Source of the DNA: Nemertoderma westbladi
Lineage: Eukaryota > Animalia > Xenacoelomorpha
NCBI GenBank assembly: GCA_032718475.1
Contig: JAUCBJ010008373.1
Span: 1-64,000, forward strand
Reading direction: 5' to 3'
Length of the DNA stretch: 64,000 bases
A program made the translations under genes and the position numbers. Below, one piece after another: positions 13,978 through 26,111 of the stretch. How positions within the stretch are numbered: the first letter of the stretch is position 1; each line of letters starts with the position of its first letter. Below the pieces are notes generated by a model, which searched no databases, was not told the DNA's origin, and saw only the letters and a program-made list of their open reading frames with translations.

Positions 13978-14134
13978 CATCGTCTGGAGTGGGTGTGTGA
14001 CTATATTATTTTATATCTGATTTTATTATTTTTATATTTAGGTATGTATTATTATGTCATTTTATTATAATCGTTTTCTTTAATTTTATTTAGTAGAATG
14101 TTATTTTAGCGATTATTTAGTAGATTAGTGCCAT

Positions 14135-16203
14135 ATAACTCCAACTGGGGGCCATAGGGCCACTCCTTAATAATTAAGATATAAACTAGTACATTAACTA
14201 TCGAATAATAATAGAACAAGAGAAGCATGTTATTAATAATATCTATTAATTGTTAGAAAAATCCGATGCAAAAAATTACACGGCTCCAATATAATGACCA
14301 TTATATATATCTTGTTGGATATTTGTTTGCAATACATTTCTATAGGAAAAGTACATAACACAAAACGACCACAGGGCCACCTAATTTTTCTGGTAATTTT
14401 TGTGTAATTTACACATCAAAAACACATTCTAGAACTCAGATCTTTTCCGAAAATGCTTTGTTAGACTTTTCTACACCGTTTTTATTCATTTCAAAACTTA
14501 TGTATATTTTAATATATTATTTTATATATCTTTGATTCCACGACTAACTTGTAGGTATTTGAACCAAGATGGTGGCTTATCTAAGACAAAGTTGAAAAAT
14601 TAGTAAGTGTGAATTAAAAACTTTGTAATTAAATTTTGGTATCGAAATTTTTATTGGAGCTATTTGATATCATTAATGCAGATGATCCTCTTTGTGCTTG
14701 CAGTCAAATACCGTATTATTAAGTTTTTATTACATAAAACCATGACATAAAAAATAGTGGCCCTATGGTTTTGACGGATCTTTATTATAACAGATATATA
14801 GATTTCACCTTTAGAGTTCACCTTTCACCTATTGATTTTTTATACACCAGAGGGACTAGAACAAATGAATCAATTATAATTGAATTGTATAATCGGCGTG
14901 CTGTATTTTTTTTAATTAAAATTCTACATTTATGCTACTTTCTAATAGTTTTTTTTATTTCGCTCACTGAATAGAATGTGTACGGAATAGAACGCTCACT
15001 GAGTATAACGCTCACTGAATAGAACGTTGACTGAGTATCATGCTCACTGAATAGAACACTCACTGAATATAATGCTCACGGAATAGAACGATCACTGAAT
15101 AGAACGTTAATTGCGTGGAACGCTCACTCAATAGAACGTTGACTGAGTATCATGCTCACTGAATAGAACACTCACTGAATAGAACCCTCACTGAATATAA
15201 CGCTCACTGAATAGAACACTCACTGAATAGAACGCTCACTGATTATAATGCTCACTAAATAGAATGCTCACTGAATAGAACGCTCACTGAATATAACATT
15301 CACTGAATATAACGCTCACTGAATAGAACACTCACTATATAGAACACTCACTGAATATAATGCCCACTGAATAGAACGCTTACTGAATAGAACGCTCACT
15401 GAATATAACACTCACAGAATTGAACATTCATTGAATAGAATGCTCACTGAATATAACATTCACTGAATATAACGCTCACTGAATATAACACTCACTATAT
15501 AGAATGCTCACTGAATATAACGCTCACTGAATAGAACGCTCACTGAATATAACACTCACAGAATTAAATATTCATTGAATAGAATGCTCACTGAATAAAA
15601 CACACACTAAATAGAACACTCACAGAAATGAACACCCACTGAATAGTACACCACTAAATAGACACTCTCTGAATAGAACGATAATTGAATAGAACACTCA
15701 CTGAATAGAATACTCACTGAATAGAACGTTCACTGAATAGAACGTTCACTTAATTGAACACTCACTGAATAGCAAGTTCACTGAATAGAACGCTTACTGA
15801 ATAGAACACTCCCTGAATAGAACGTTCACAGAATATAACACTCACTGAATAGAACGCTCAATGAATAGAACGATCGCTGAATAGAACGCTCACTTAATAG
15901 AAGGCTTACTGAATTTTTGAAGATAATCAGCTTTAAATAGAAATAAAACTACTGTATTATGAAAGAACCTAACAGCGCAGGGGTTAATAACCACCACTCA
16001 TAGGACCTAAAGATGCAACACCTAATGTCCAAAGGACCTTATAACGCCTTACAACTACTTCATACCATAGGGCCACTGTGGCCCCATGGCATGATTAAAC
16101 CATAGGGCCACCTTTCCGACCATAGGGCCACTGTTGGATATTGAATAGAACCATAAGGCCACCTACTGACATCCATAAGTGGCCCTAAGGTTGTGTGTTG
16201 GAT
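14135..16203. mobile_element. Probable non-autonomous DNA transposon nested in the BEL element
   Basis: Imperfect TIRs (TCCAAC...TAGGGCCACT / AGTGGCCCTA...GTTGGA), TA-rich flanks, repeated CATAGGGCCAC subterminal motifs, no coding capacity. Confidence 0.55.
14962..15912. repeat. 16-bp minisatellite (CTCACTGAATAGAACG)n, ~55-60 copies
   Basis: Directly visible degenerate tandem array. Confidence 0.95.
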
Positions 16204-17429
16204 ATATATATATATTCGCGTTTATTACTTAATTACTTATATATTATATATTTAGTGCAACGGCGAGAAATAATTCTTTTTCTCTTTCCTTACTGTCCGT
16301 ATTACATTATAAATACGTGACTACAGTAAGATGAAATGTCCGTACTTATTAAAGTACAATAAAGCTCCTACTATATTCAAGTATTATTGGTAAGTAGAGT
16401 ATTAGGAATGCAAAATTCAGATCCTCGTGTCTCGGCTAAACCAAGCTCTGGGTAGACCTTGGAAACGACTTGCCTCTTCTCGTTGACATTGCTTCTTGCG
16501 ATATTGCTCTCATACCGTATATTAAATAATACATATAGTAGCGTGATGTCCCTTTAACAGTAGCGTACAACGCAAAATAAATCTGTTAAACCCTTTGACC
16601 ATCTGTAATTCTAGTCGATTAAGATATCGCGGCACCCACCGATATACTTGAAAGACAAAATTCTAGAATCAGTGGTTAACGTCCCCAGACATGTTCTGGA
16701 ATAAATCGGTGCCCATCTTAAATATTAACTATTAATATTTATAAAATCTGTCAAACAGATACGATAGAGTAACTACTTACAAGTTAACTCTAGAAAATCT
16801 ATAAATTAAAATCTGTAAAATTTTAGATCCTTTAAAATTCTAGTCTATTAAGATATCGTAGCACTTACCAATACTCTTAAAAAGACAAATTTCCTAGAAT
16901 TCAGGATCCCAGTCCCCAGACATGTTCTGGAATAAAATTGTGTCTATTTTAATATTAAATAATAAAATTTACGGGAATAAATTTAAATTCATCTCTTTTA
17001 ATGAATTTGATAAATTGTCATTTTATGCAATTTACAACATTCCCAAAATTCCATTAATTAATAGATCATGGGAGCGGAGATTCACCCTATTAAGTGTATT
17101 AGTGTGCGAGAATCTCCAATATATAGTCAATAGCCGATAAAATTCATAAAATCATGTATAAAGGGGATATTGACAATTAAAGAATTACTATTAAATAGCA
17201 TCCCAGATCTGTATGCATGGGAATTACCCTAATTCTACCGCTAGCTTTCCATAATGTCACCATAGCAACAACCACGCTAGAATTAGAAGCGAGTTAAAAG
17301 AACAATAGAAAGCTTGCCCCATTGAATAGCATAGGGAATAAATAGCACACTGCTAGTATCCAAGGATACATAATAATAACGTCGCATTCTGGAAGGCACT
17401 TGACTAACGGACAAATGGCCCGAATGTGT

Positions 17430-17717
17430 ACAATTTGTGACAGTTGTGTGGAATTTGTGCGTTTATAGGTGAATGTTACTACTAAAGTGTGTTTACAGTA
17501 GCGAGTCGCAATTGTGAAAGTAGCCCTAACTCTGCAGTAACAACCTGAAGTAAAATCTAAGCCTTTGGGACGGACAGTGGAGTGACTTGTGCCGGTTATC
17601 GTTGTCGTTGTGTAGCTACTACGTTGGCGAAAAACACAGCGACGACGGTACATCGGCGCTGAGGATCTTGCACTGTCCGGGGGCCGAGAGGGGTAGGCAG
17701 CGACGCCCGCTAGCCTA
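17430..17717 (+). promoter_or_regulatory. Structured RNA leader (IRES-like candidate) upstream of accessory ORF
   Basis: Nested stems 17571-79/17671-79 (9 bp), 17589-96/17652-59 and 17597-613/17634-650 (17 bp with 3 G-U pairs), plus hairpin 17694-17717. Function is inferred only. Confidence 0.55.
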
Positions 17718-17759
17718 ATTATAAACTCATTATAATATTGATAAACTCATATAGCAGCT

Positions 17760-20700
17760 ATGACTGAGTTGATAGAAGATGATCTTGGTATTAGGGAGCG
17801 ATATACTCTACCTTTACAAGCGTTTGTTGATAGCTTGATACGCGGCGACGCTAGTCCAACTACTACGGAGGACGATGGTCGTTATATCGAACCGCCAATG
17901 TCCCAGGAGCAACTCACTCGTGAATTGGACTATAGAAAATTCACAGCTCGCTATACACATCGTAATGGTACGTATATGGACTTCTTAACTACCGGCCATC
18001 CTATCGATTTACACGATACGGACGATGTAGACACCGAAAGGGAAATGGTTTTATTTAAATATCATACCCAGCGGAGTCGGAACGATAAACCGAGAATAGA
18101 ACATGAGAATTCTATTCGGAACCGACTCGAAAGAGAAGACGTTGAAGAGCCGGATAAACGCAGCGACTTCAACGATTATCTGGAATTCGTGAGAGAAACA
18201 TATCTCAATATTGCCAGTCAACAATATTTAGAAACTCGATATCCTCAAGGTATACATCATGACCCTATGATAGAACTCAAACGGCTCTATTTCACTATGA
18301 TGTATCTTACCGCCGATCGACCGCTACCTGTCGTCCCAGATAGCTTCGAACAGATGGAGGAATATTGTAAAACTGGAGAACGATCACCCGCGTTTCCCCT
18401 GCAGGACGTGCGTCTTTGGTATTACTGCGACGAATGCCCTAGACCCAATCAGCAAACGGAAAGACATAAACTTCCGCGGAGATGTTGCGCTAAACACAGT
18501 TTTACACGATATACTTATGGGAGTTTCGAGCGAAACCTGTTCGATGTATCACCTACGCTTGCTCGACTCAAACGATCCTTAAATAAACCAATGATCAGAG
18601 TTCCGGAATACTCGGTCAGACCTCCTCATTCCTTAGTGAGACCTCAAACGCTTGATCCTAATAGTATAACGGATCCCCCTGAACTGTACTCACTATTTAA
18701 AGATCTTGTGTTACCCGAACAGTTAATCGGTGGCACTCCGGTAGTAGGCTCGCTAGATATTCGCCCTTCCTACCTAGCCGGATTGGGACGCGGGCATCTA
18801 ATATCGCCGTTCAACCCGTACAATCGTCCCGGTTTAACCCCGATACAACCCGTTACCGAAGTCGAGGAGAGCGTTGTACGAAACGCGTTAGACGCTATTC
18901 AGCAGAAGATCGGAAAAGGAACTTACGATTGTTTAGAGAAACGCAAATTGCAGCAACAAGTCCAAGCGGTGAAAGAATTAGCTTTACCCCAGTTAGATCG
19001 AGAAATCCAGAACCTCGAGGAAGACATCGAACGTGGACGAACCTATTCTCTGCAAGAGTTCTTAGACGAGCGTTTACAACAACAAGCGGAGGAAAATCAG
19101 CTCAAGGAGAAACACATAGAAATGGATGAGAGAGAAGAAGCAGCTTTAGCCCAGCCAGAAGCTCAAATCCTTATGACTGATTTATATTCTAAAACCATCA
19201 TCCATCCTTCGATGGTTCCCCATTTCGGAGACAAACTCTTCGCCACGGCACAACCTCAACCGGTTGATATCAACCTAAGATCTCGAGATCTTATCGCTGA
19301 CGCTCCTATGTTGCAACGTCTGCCAATCGAGGCCGCTCGTGTCGACGGTATACTCGTTGAACCTCCGGACAATAGAGCGGATCTTGTCCGTCGTATGGTA
19401 CACGAGGTCAACATATGCGCTAGACCTTTACCGAACTCATTTTATGGAATCAAAGATCCCCCTTATTATGTCAATCTAACTCAATATTATATGGTAAAAC
19501 CGGAAGATCCTACACATAGTCTAAGGTTTCTACCACTAATAAATCCTCTCGATCTTGTCGAACTCGAACAACTGCAGAAACATCTGGATCAGTTAGTGAA
19601 AGTAAACTCATTCCGAAAACCCTACAATGTTTCCAGAATAGAGAAAGATACAATACCTCCGTATAATCTCGATGGATTTATCAAAACTCGATTAGTCCAC
19701 TGGAATCTCGACGTGTTATTCGAGGAGGAAAGAATACAACGATATGGAGATGTAGAAACATATACTTCACAGTATTTGAAGTATAGAGATCTACCTAATG
19801 CTAGCGAATGCGCCACCTTGTGGCATCCAGTGGGAATGACTCTAGAAAATGCCACTAAAGAGTGGAACGAGACTCTTAATGTTATCGAGATGTATGGAGT
19901 TGTCACTTACGATAACGAAGGCAGCGTTCCGGTTGGAGAACTGGGGACTACGCGCATGATACATATACGAGGACCAGCTGGTTCCACCCACGTATTTACT
20001 CGAGCGTGTTCCGATGTGATTGATTATTCTTTTGAGACTCTAACCTTAGATACAAAAGAAACTCCGACATGGACAATTCGAACTCGCGCAGCGTTACGTC
20101 ACTGACACCGAGCGCAAACCGGCCATGGGTATCGATGGATCGATGTTACCTCAGCCCGTGCTCGAGATGTTGTTTAACGAAAGCATCCTTAAAATCGGCT
20201 CAGCTGTTTATGGAGTTCTCCAAAACGACTTTAGGAACATGGAGAATATCCCATATCCTTTCGTAGATACTCAGCTGATTGCTCCCTGGGCAGAAGGCCG
20301 AGGTTTCTTCCGAACTATGTATGCCAATACACCCAGCGGCATCACTAAAGTACAACGAACCTCCATCGGACATCTTGCCTTTCGAGAATATGGATGGAAT
20401 TTCAAGGTTGGAAATCCTATCAACTACCAACAAGTATATAGAGATCATTATTCTCGATTATACTTTGACGGACACTTGACCGCACCTGGTGCAGTGTATA
20501 GCTTTATGAGTGTTCCACTTCGTCCCTCCTTAGCTATATACACGATCTTTGAAAACGCCGCACTTGCCGGTTGGCTAGCCGATGTGTGCAGTCGTACTAT
20601 ACGCGCCCATCCCTTAATACTTGGAACCAAACTCACCAAGCTAGATGAACACAATAAATTAATCCGCTTTGAATGTTTCAGGCGCTTTCTGACTCCGTTC

Positions 20701-22014
20701 CGTAACGTTGATAGTCAGTTCAAGGACCGCGCTCTGACTAAGCTCAGCCTAAGAGACTCAGCTGCTGAGAAGTTAGACAGCGCTGGATTCGCCATTGTCA
20801 AGGACGTTTGTATACAGAACTTACATTCCTCTGTTATACAAAGACCCCGAATACCCACGGGTTATTCTATCGTGGAAGTTCAGACAATGGGTTCACTTGA
20901 GGAGACAGCCGCACCTACATCAGCTATGCAATTGGAAGACGAACCAATATGCTTAGAATCTGAGGAGATTCAGCCTACAGCGCCCCGGAGCAGCGACAAC
21001 GACTACGTCTTGGAATGGTATCAAGGTCCACAATGTCTCACCGCATACGATTATCGGCACGCCAACTATGTTTCTCGAAAACGTTGCCGATTATGCGCAT
21101 CGAGAGATCATTTCACCCCCATGGACTCAGACGTACCCTGCTCCTATTTCCATGAACAACCGATGATGGAGATCTATTGTGCATATTGCAGATTCAATAA
21201 CTTGCACATTTTCGCAGTCTGCCCCCAATTTATGACTCAATGCCATCATCGTCAACTTAAATGACATGCCAGTTTTGATTGCCCTTTTAACCGCGATCTA
21301 GAGAGCGTAGATGAGATGATTACCCTGCGCTACATCAGAGCTTGGGAAGCGAATGCGGATTTACATTGTGAGTCACACCATCGCTATTACCCTGGACGCG
21401 CCTACGAAGGAGTTTACGCGTTCCATCCTTATCTATTCGCGTCTGTTGAACAAAAATCACGCACACCGAGTTACGAACTAATGAAGCGTGTTGGTGAGTG
21501 TATTTCCACCAAATTTGTTCGTAAATATCTCAGGAACATCAATCCTAACGATATTAATTCATACAACTTGATCACTTTCATCCGTCAAGACCCGGAGTAT
21601 GGCGATTTGTTTATCAACTCGCATCCAGAGTTACAGGAAGTACATCGACGGCCCTACGAATATCGAGCCCGAGAATGCGAGTTAGAAAGAACCATTAAAC
21701 CGAGGAAGTTTCTCACCACTCACGGTCCACCTACCGCTATTGTTCAGACGACTCGTCAGGGACCAGTAGGAGCTGCTGTCCTAAAACGCGCTCTAAAAGC
21801 CGTTAGACCTCGCTCCACTGAGGTTGATATCGATCAACCAGGTACCTCTACCAGTGGATACACCGACCGTAATCCCAAACCTTCCGATGCAATTGTATTG
21901 CACCCTTCATCCAGGAGTTATAGCCCTCCTAGTAAAGTGGCTCGCCCCAAAGAGAAAAGGACTCTTGCTAGCCTCAAAAAACTGCGTAAACGCCGTCCTC
22001 GCAAGAAAGACTAA
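17760..22014 (+). pseudogene. Accessory ORF (~1400 aa when repaired): coiled coil + DEDDy-like 3'-5' exonuclease fold + CCHC zinc knuckles + basic tail
   Basis: ORFs 17760-20105, 20125-21264 and 21316-22014 join through one +1 shift (~20050-20100) and one in-frame TGA (21262) that sits inside a knuckle (QCHHRQLK*HASFDCP). Exonuclease-like motifs VVTYDNEG, LPQPVLEMLFNESILKIG, FVDTQLIA, SIGHLA..YG..FK, LT....YSFMS. No signal peptide or TM segment seen. Confidence 0.75.
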
Positions 22015-22081
22015 CTGTTTAGAGTATTCTTATATTTTAGAAACTGTGATTTTTTATATTTTATAGAATTAAATCCCATTT

Positions 22082-22092
22082 TCTGGGAGCGG
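22082..22092 (+). promoter_or_regulatory. Polypurine-tract-like primer site of BEL element
   Basis: TCTGGGAGCGG directly abuts the TG of the 3' LTR. Confidence 0.7.
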
Positions 22093-23295
22093 TGTAAAGG
22101 CTTTTGCGGATTTAGCTGGTTATTTTCCCCGCAAAGTACTCTGTAGGTGTTTTAGCGGACATAAAAAGCCGTTTCCTTACTGTACAGGTGTTTTAGTGGA
22201 CATAAAAAGCCATTTCTTCTGTATGTGTACTTTAGCGGACATAACTAGCAATTTTATGCTGCAATGCACCAAAATACTCTTAATACAGTGTAGTTCAGAT
22301 GACGACATCTATCAGCTGAGATGTCGACGTGTAGCTTTTGGCTTTCTTTGTTCAGGCTCAATCACTCGACCAATCAGAGCGATTTTCTTTTTATTTGTAC
22401 AGAAGCCTCCGGGAAATCGTGCAATGCATTATGGTTTATGTTTACCTTTTTTCCTAAGCCCAGAACACCGGCTGTGGAATGATTCTGTGTTTCAGACTTT
22501 AGCCAAACATTAGAACGGCTTTGATCATAGAAACGTATAACTGTTATCGCAACAAACCAATCCAAACCAAATCTGCATATCACAAACTGCTCATATTGTC
22601 ACATACAAACACTGCATTATTTTTACTGCTATTTACTGTCGGTTATTAATTGTATCAGTTGATGGAATATTGTTATATTTGGAGAATATCGATAAATAAT
22701 CAGAAAACCCCAATCTTCTTGATATACTGAAGGTTAGAGACCGGTTACATATAGCAATTGCGACTTACATTAAAGTGGTTTTGGAGTGAATTGAATGCTA
22801 TTTCATAGACCCTACATGTGTCAGTGGCTGTTCTCCTTATATATGATTAAAATTAGTGAAGGTCGGCAGATCGGTGTGCAGCATTGTGCAGTAGTGTGCA
22901 TGAGTGTGATAGATAACAAAGCATCTCCTAAAGAATGCGCTTTATACGTGAATCATTAGCCATCCCATTGTGTTTAGTGTAAGTCATAACTCTGTTTACA
23001 TACTTAGAGCGCCACGTCCTAAAGGAACTGTTAATATTTCCTGAAAGTGAATAATATTTGTCAGAGATTATATATTAACAATCAATCGAATAATACAGTA
23101 GGCCTACACCGCAATAAGGTCAGAGCATCCGAATCCAGTCTCCCTTAACCGTGGGTGAATGGTCGCGCATAGGCTGGCTTCGGCTAATGTAGCTTTATGT
23201 GTATCAAATACTTGTGATAGGCTAAAGTCGATTTATAACCTAGAAGACACCTAAATTTGGCAGGTTAAACTGCTAAAGGTCTAAAAGCGCGAACA
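22093..23295 (+). repeat. 3' LTR of BEL/Pao element (1203 bp, complete)
   Basis: TGTAAAGG...GCGAACA followed by TSD CTTGC. Confidence 0.95.
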
Positions 23296-24939
23296 CTTGC
23301 CGATCAGTTTATTGCTTTACCTAGTTAAGAGGCATACGCCTTAATTAAACTCCCATATTATCATAGCAACTGGAGTTTTCTAGAACTGTTGAGTTTTACA
23401 TTAAGATCCGGTTTGTGGTTCCAGGTGACACATATCGACTTCAAGAAAGGTTCATTGAGTAGTTCATGTCCAAAATTAAATATTTATTCGTTAAAACGTG
23501 TTTAATAAACTTCGGCATCCAGTTTCCTCTTAACATCCTCCGAACTCTATATTTTACGCTAATTTAACCTTACCAGCTTATCAACTACGGTATAATACAG
23601 TACTATGGGGTAGCTCCAACACTTACTGTATATTTAAACCACTGCGCACTGTAGTTAACAAACTAATTCGTTGTATTACAATTTCACACTACCGGGCATC
23701 CTCATTACCCCATATCCCGTTCACAAAAAAACAACTTAAAATTCTTCTTTTTTCCATATAAAAAGTGGCGCCTGTAAGTGTGATAGAGCCAAGCAGTTAA
23801 TTAAGTTCATTACGATAAAAAACAGCATTTTCTGCAGCCTTTTAATGGATATTAATTACAGTATTTTCTAGTATAAGATTTAAATAATAATACTTAAAAA
23901 TAATACAGCTGTAATCCCCATGGCCCATACCGGCATAACCCATACCCGTTGTCAAGCTGTCAAGTGATTTCCTTTAAGAAATTAGTTTTTTATTGATGAT
24001 AAACGTAAATTACCTTATTAAAATTCCCCGTCTCTCCACACCCTATACTTCCAGCTGCCCCATTCCATGGCGTGCTTGCTATTACACGTTGTGGGGTCTT
24101 CGAGCAGCACGTGTTCAAATGTTCAATGACTGAACAGCGACTAATTAATAAAATTAATGAGAGATTCATTGACCAGCTACCGACAGACCAATATTGTGAC
24201 ATATATTTTAGTTTAATGTTTGATTCAATTAGAGGCACAAACTAAAAAGGCTACAAATATATAGGGTTGAATAATTAAATTAGTCACCCATTAAAAGGTA
24301 GCCAAATATAAGTTGCAATCTATATAAATTTTTTAAATTCAGTAGTGTGCGTGTGTTGTGTATTGATTCCGTAGATTTCATGTTGAAATAGCGTTCATTA
24401 ATTTAATTTCTATTTAATTATTCAGGCATAATAATACACACATTAAATTAGTTCGTGTGTGTTAAGTGTGTAAGATTTGATTGTTTCGTCACGAAACCAT
24501 TAGGTCACAGTAACTGACGAATTCTTCGCGAATTTCGCAAACGTCGCAAACTTCGGGAATTTGTTCTACAATTTTGACTCCTTAAGCAAAAGGGTCCCGA
24601 ATGAGTTTTTTAACCTTTATTTTTTTGTGATTTTGAGTGCTTTTTTATATTAGTGAATGTTCTAGAACCTTAGTATTTTTTACTAGCTAGTAATTTTTGG
24701 AAATTATTTTGGTTATTAATATATTCTTCAACAGTTTAACCTGAAATATCATGGACTTTCACATTTTTTATAATTTCAAAAAATACTAGCTAGCAAAAAA
24801 ACACTAGCTATCATAAAAAACATATCTACTAATGTTGTAGAACTTTCACCAATACCAAAAAATTTTAAAAACTCTAAAAAAGGATTGGTGAAAAATGGCT
24901 GGGGTGTCGACAGGGCGAAGTAGGGACCGTGTTGCTTAA

Positions 24940-26111
24940 CCCCTTAGAGCCTAATGACGTCCACTGCACGTCACCATGGACAGCACGAAGACGTGCAGTG
25001 GACGTCATGCTGGAATACATGTTTTATTGGAAGGCTCTTGGAGTAGGTATACTGGTGGATAGTATTAATGACATTTATTGCTCTTCATGGCAAAAAATCC
25101 ACTCTGTACTGTAGATAGGCTGTATTGTAGACTGTATTATTAGTGTTAGGTATATGGCGTAATGCCAACCACAGTACAGTAGTTCAGACTGACAGAGAGA
25201 CCGACAGACAGACAGACTCGATTTATGTAAACGTGTAAACTGACATCAGAAATGAAATCAGCAACCCTTAAAACCCCCATAGCGAAAATGTTGGTTAGTT
25301 AGTATACTTTCTTAAGTTTTCACAGACTGACTGACAGAAAGACCGACAGCCAGACAGACTAGATTTTTTTTTAAACGTGAAAACTGACATCTAAAATAAA
25401 ATCAGCATCCATTAAAACCCCCATAACGAGAATGTTAGTTAGTTTGTATTCTTTTTTAAGTTTTGACAGACTGACTGACTGACAGAAAGACCGACAAACA
25501 GACAGACTAGATTTATGTAAACCTGAAAACTGACATCAGAAATGAAATCAGCACCCCTTAAAACTCCCATAGCGAGGATGTTAGTTAATTTGAATTATCT
25601 TTTTTAAGTTTTGACAGACTGACTGACAGAATGACCGACAGACAGACAGACTAGATTTATGTAAACGTGAAAACTGACATCAGAAATGTAATCAGCACTC
25701 CTTAAAACCCCCATAGCGAGAATGTTAGCGACAAGTTTTTATTATTAACCATATTTCGTAAGATATATTTTAAAACATTTATTTATTAATAATGCAATAA
25801 CTGAATAACCAGATAACGGAAAGACAAACCGAATTGAAACTTTTAATTACTAATAATAATAATTGTGGTGAGAGGTGATGGAAATCAAGAATATATGTTA
25901 TGTTATGGAGCACGCGTTGGTAGGCACAGGCAAATGAATTGATGTCTGTTGAGATGTATTGAAGGAGCACTATTGCTTCTACTTGACTACTATGTCCTTG
26001 TGTACTAGCTTAGGCACTGGCTTGGTCAAAGACTTTAGCTTGCAGTAATGTAAAACTTCAAGAAATATTATTGGGCACGGCTGTCCTTGCCATGCCTTAG
26101 GCTCTATGGGG
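24940..26111. mobile_element. Degenerate piggyBac-like MITE
   Basis: TTAA|CCCCTTAGAGCCTAA at the left end and TTAGGCTCTATGGGG (14/15 inverted match) at the right end. The right TTAA is not retained. Confidence 0.5.
25185..25730. repeat. ~145-bp tandem repeat x4 with (GACA/GACT) microsatellite blocks
   Basis: Recurring AAACTGACATCAGAAATGAAATCAGCA...AAAACCCCCATAGCGAG units. Confidence 0.85.

Larger units (their letters stand above)
2755..23295 (+). mobile_element. Giant (20.5 kb) BEL/Pao LTR retrotransposon with accessory ORF
   Basis: TG...CA termini. 5-bp TSD CTTGC at 2750-2754 and 23296-23300. LTR pair offset by 19338 bp. Gag-PR-RT-RH-IN order with BEL-type motifs. Confidence 0.95.

Noticed and set aside
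17760-22014. env gene in the canonical env position
   Set aside because: No signal peptide, furin/fusion peptide or C-terminal TM segment. It has zinc knuckles and a basic tail instead.
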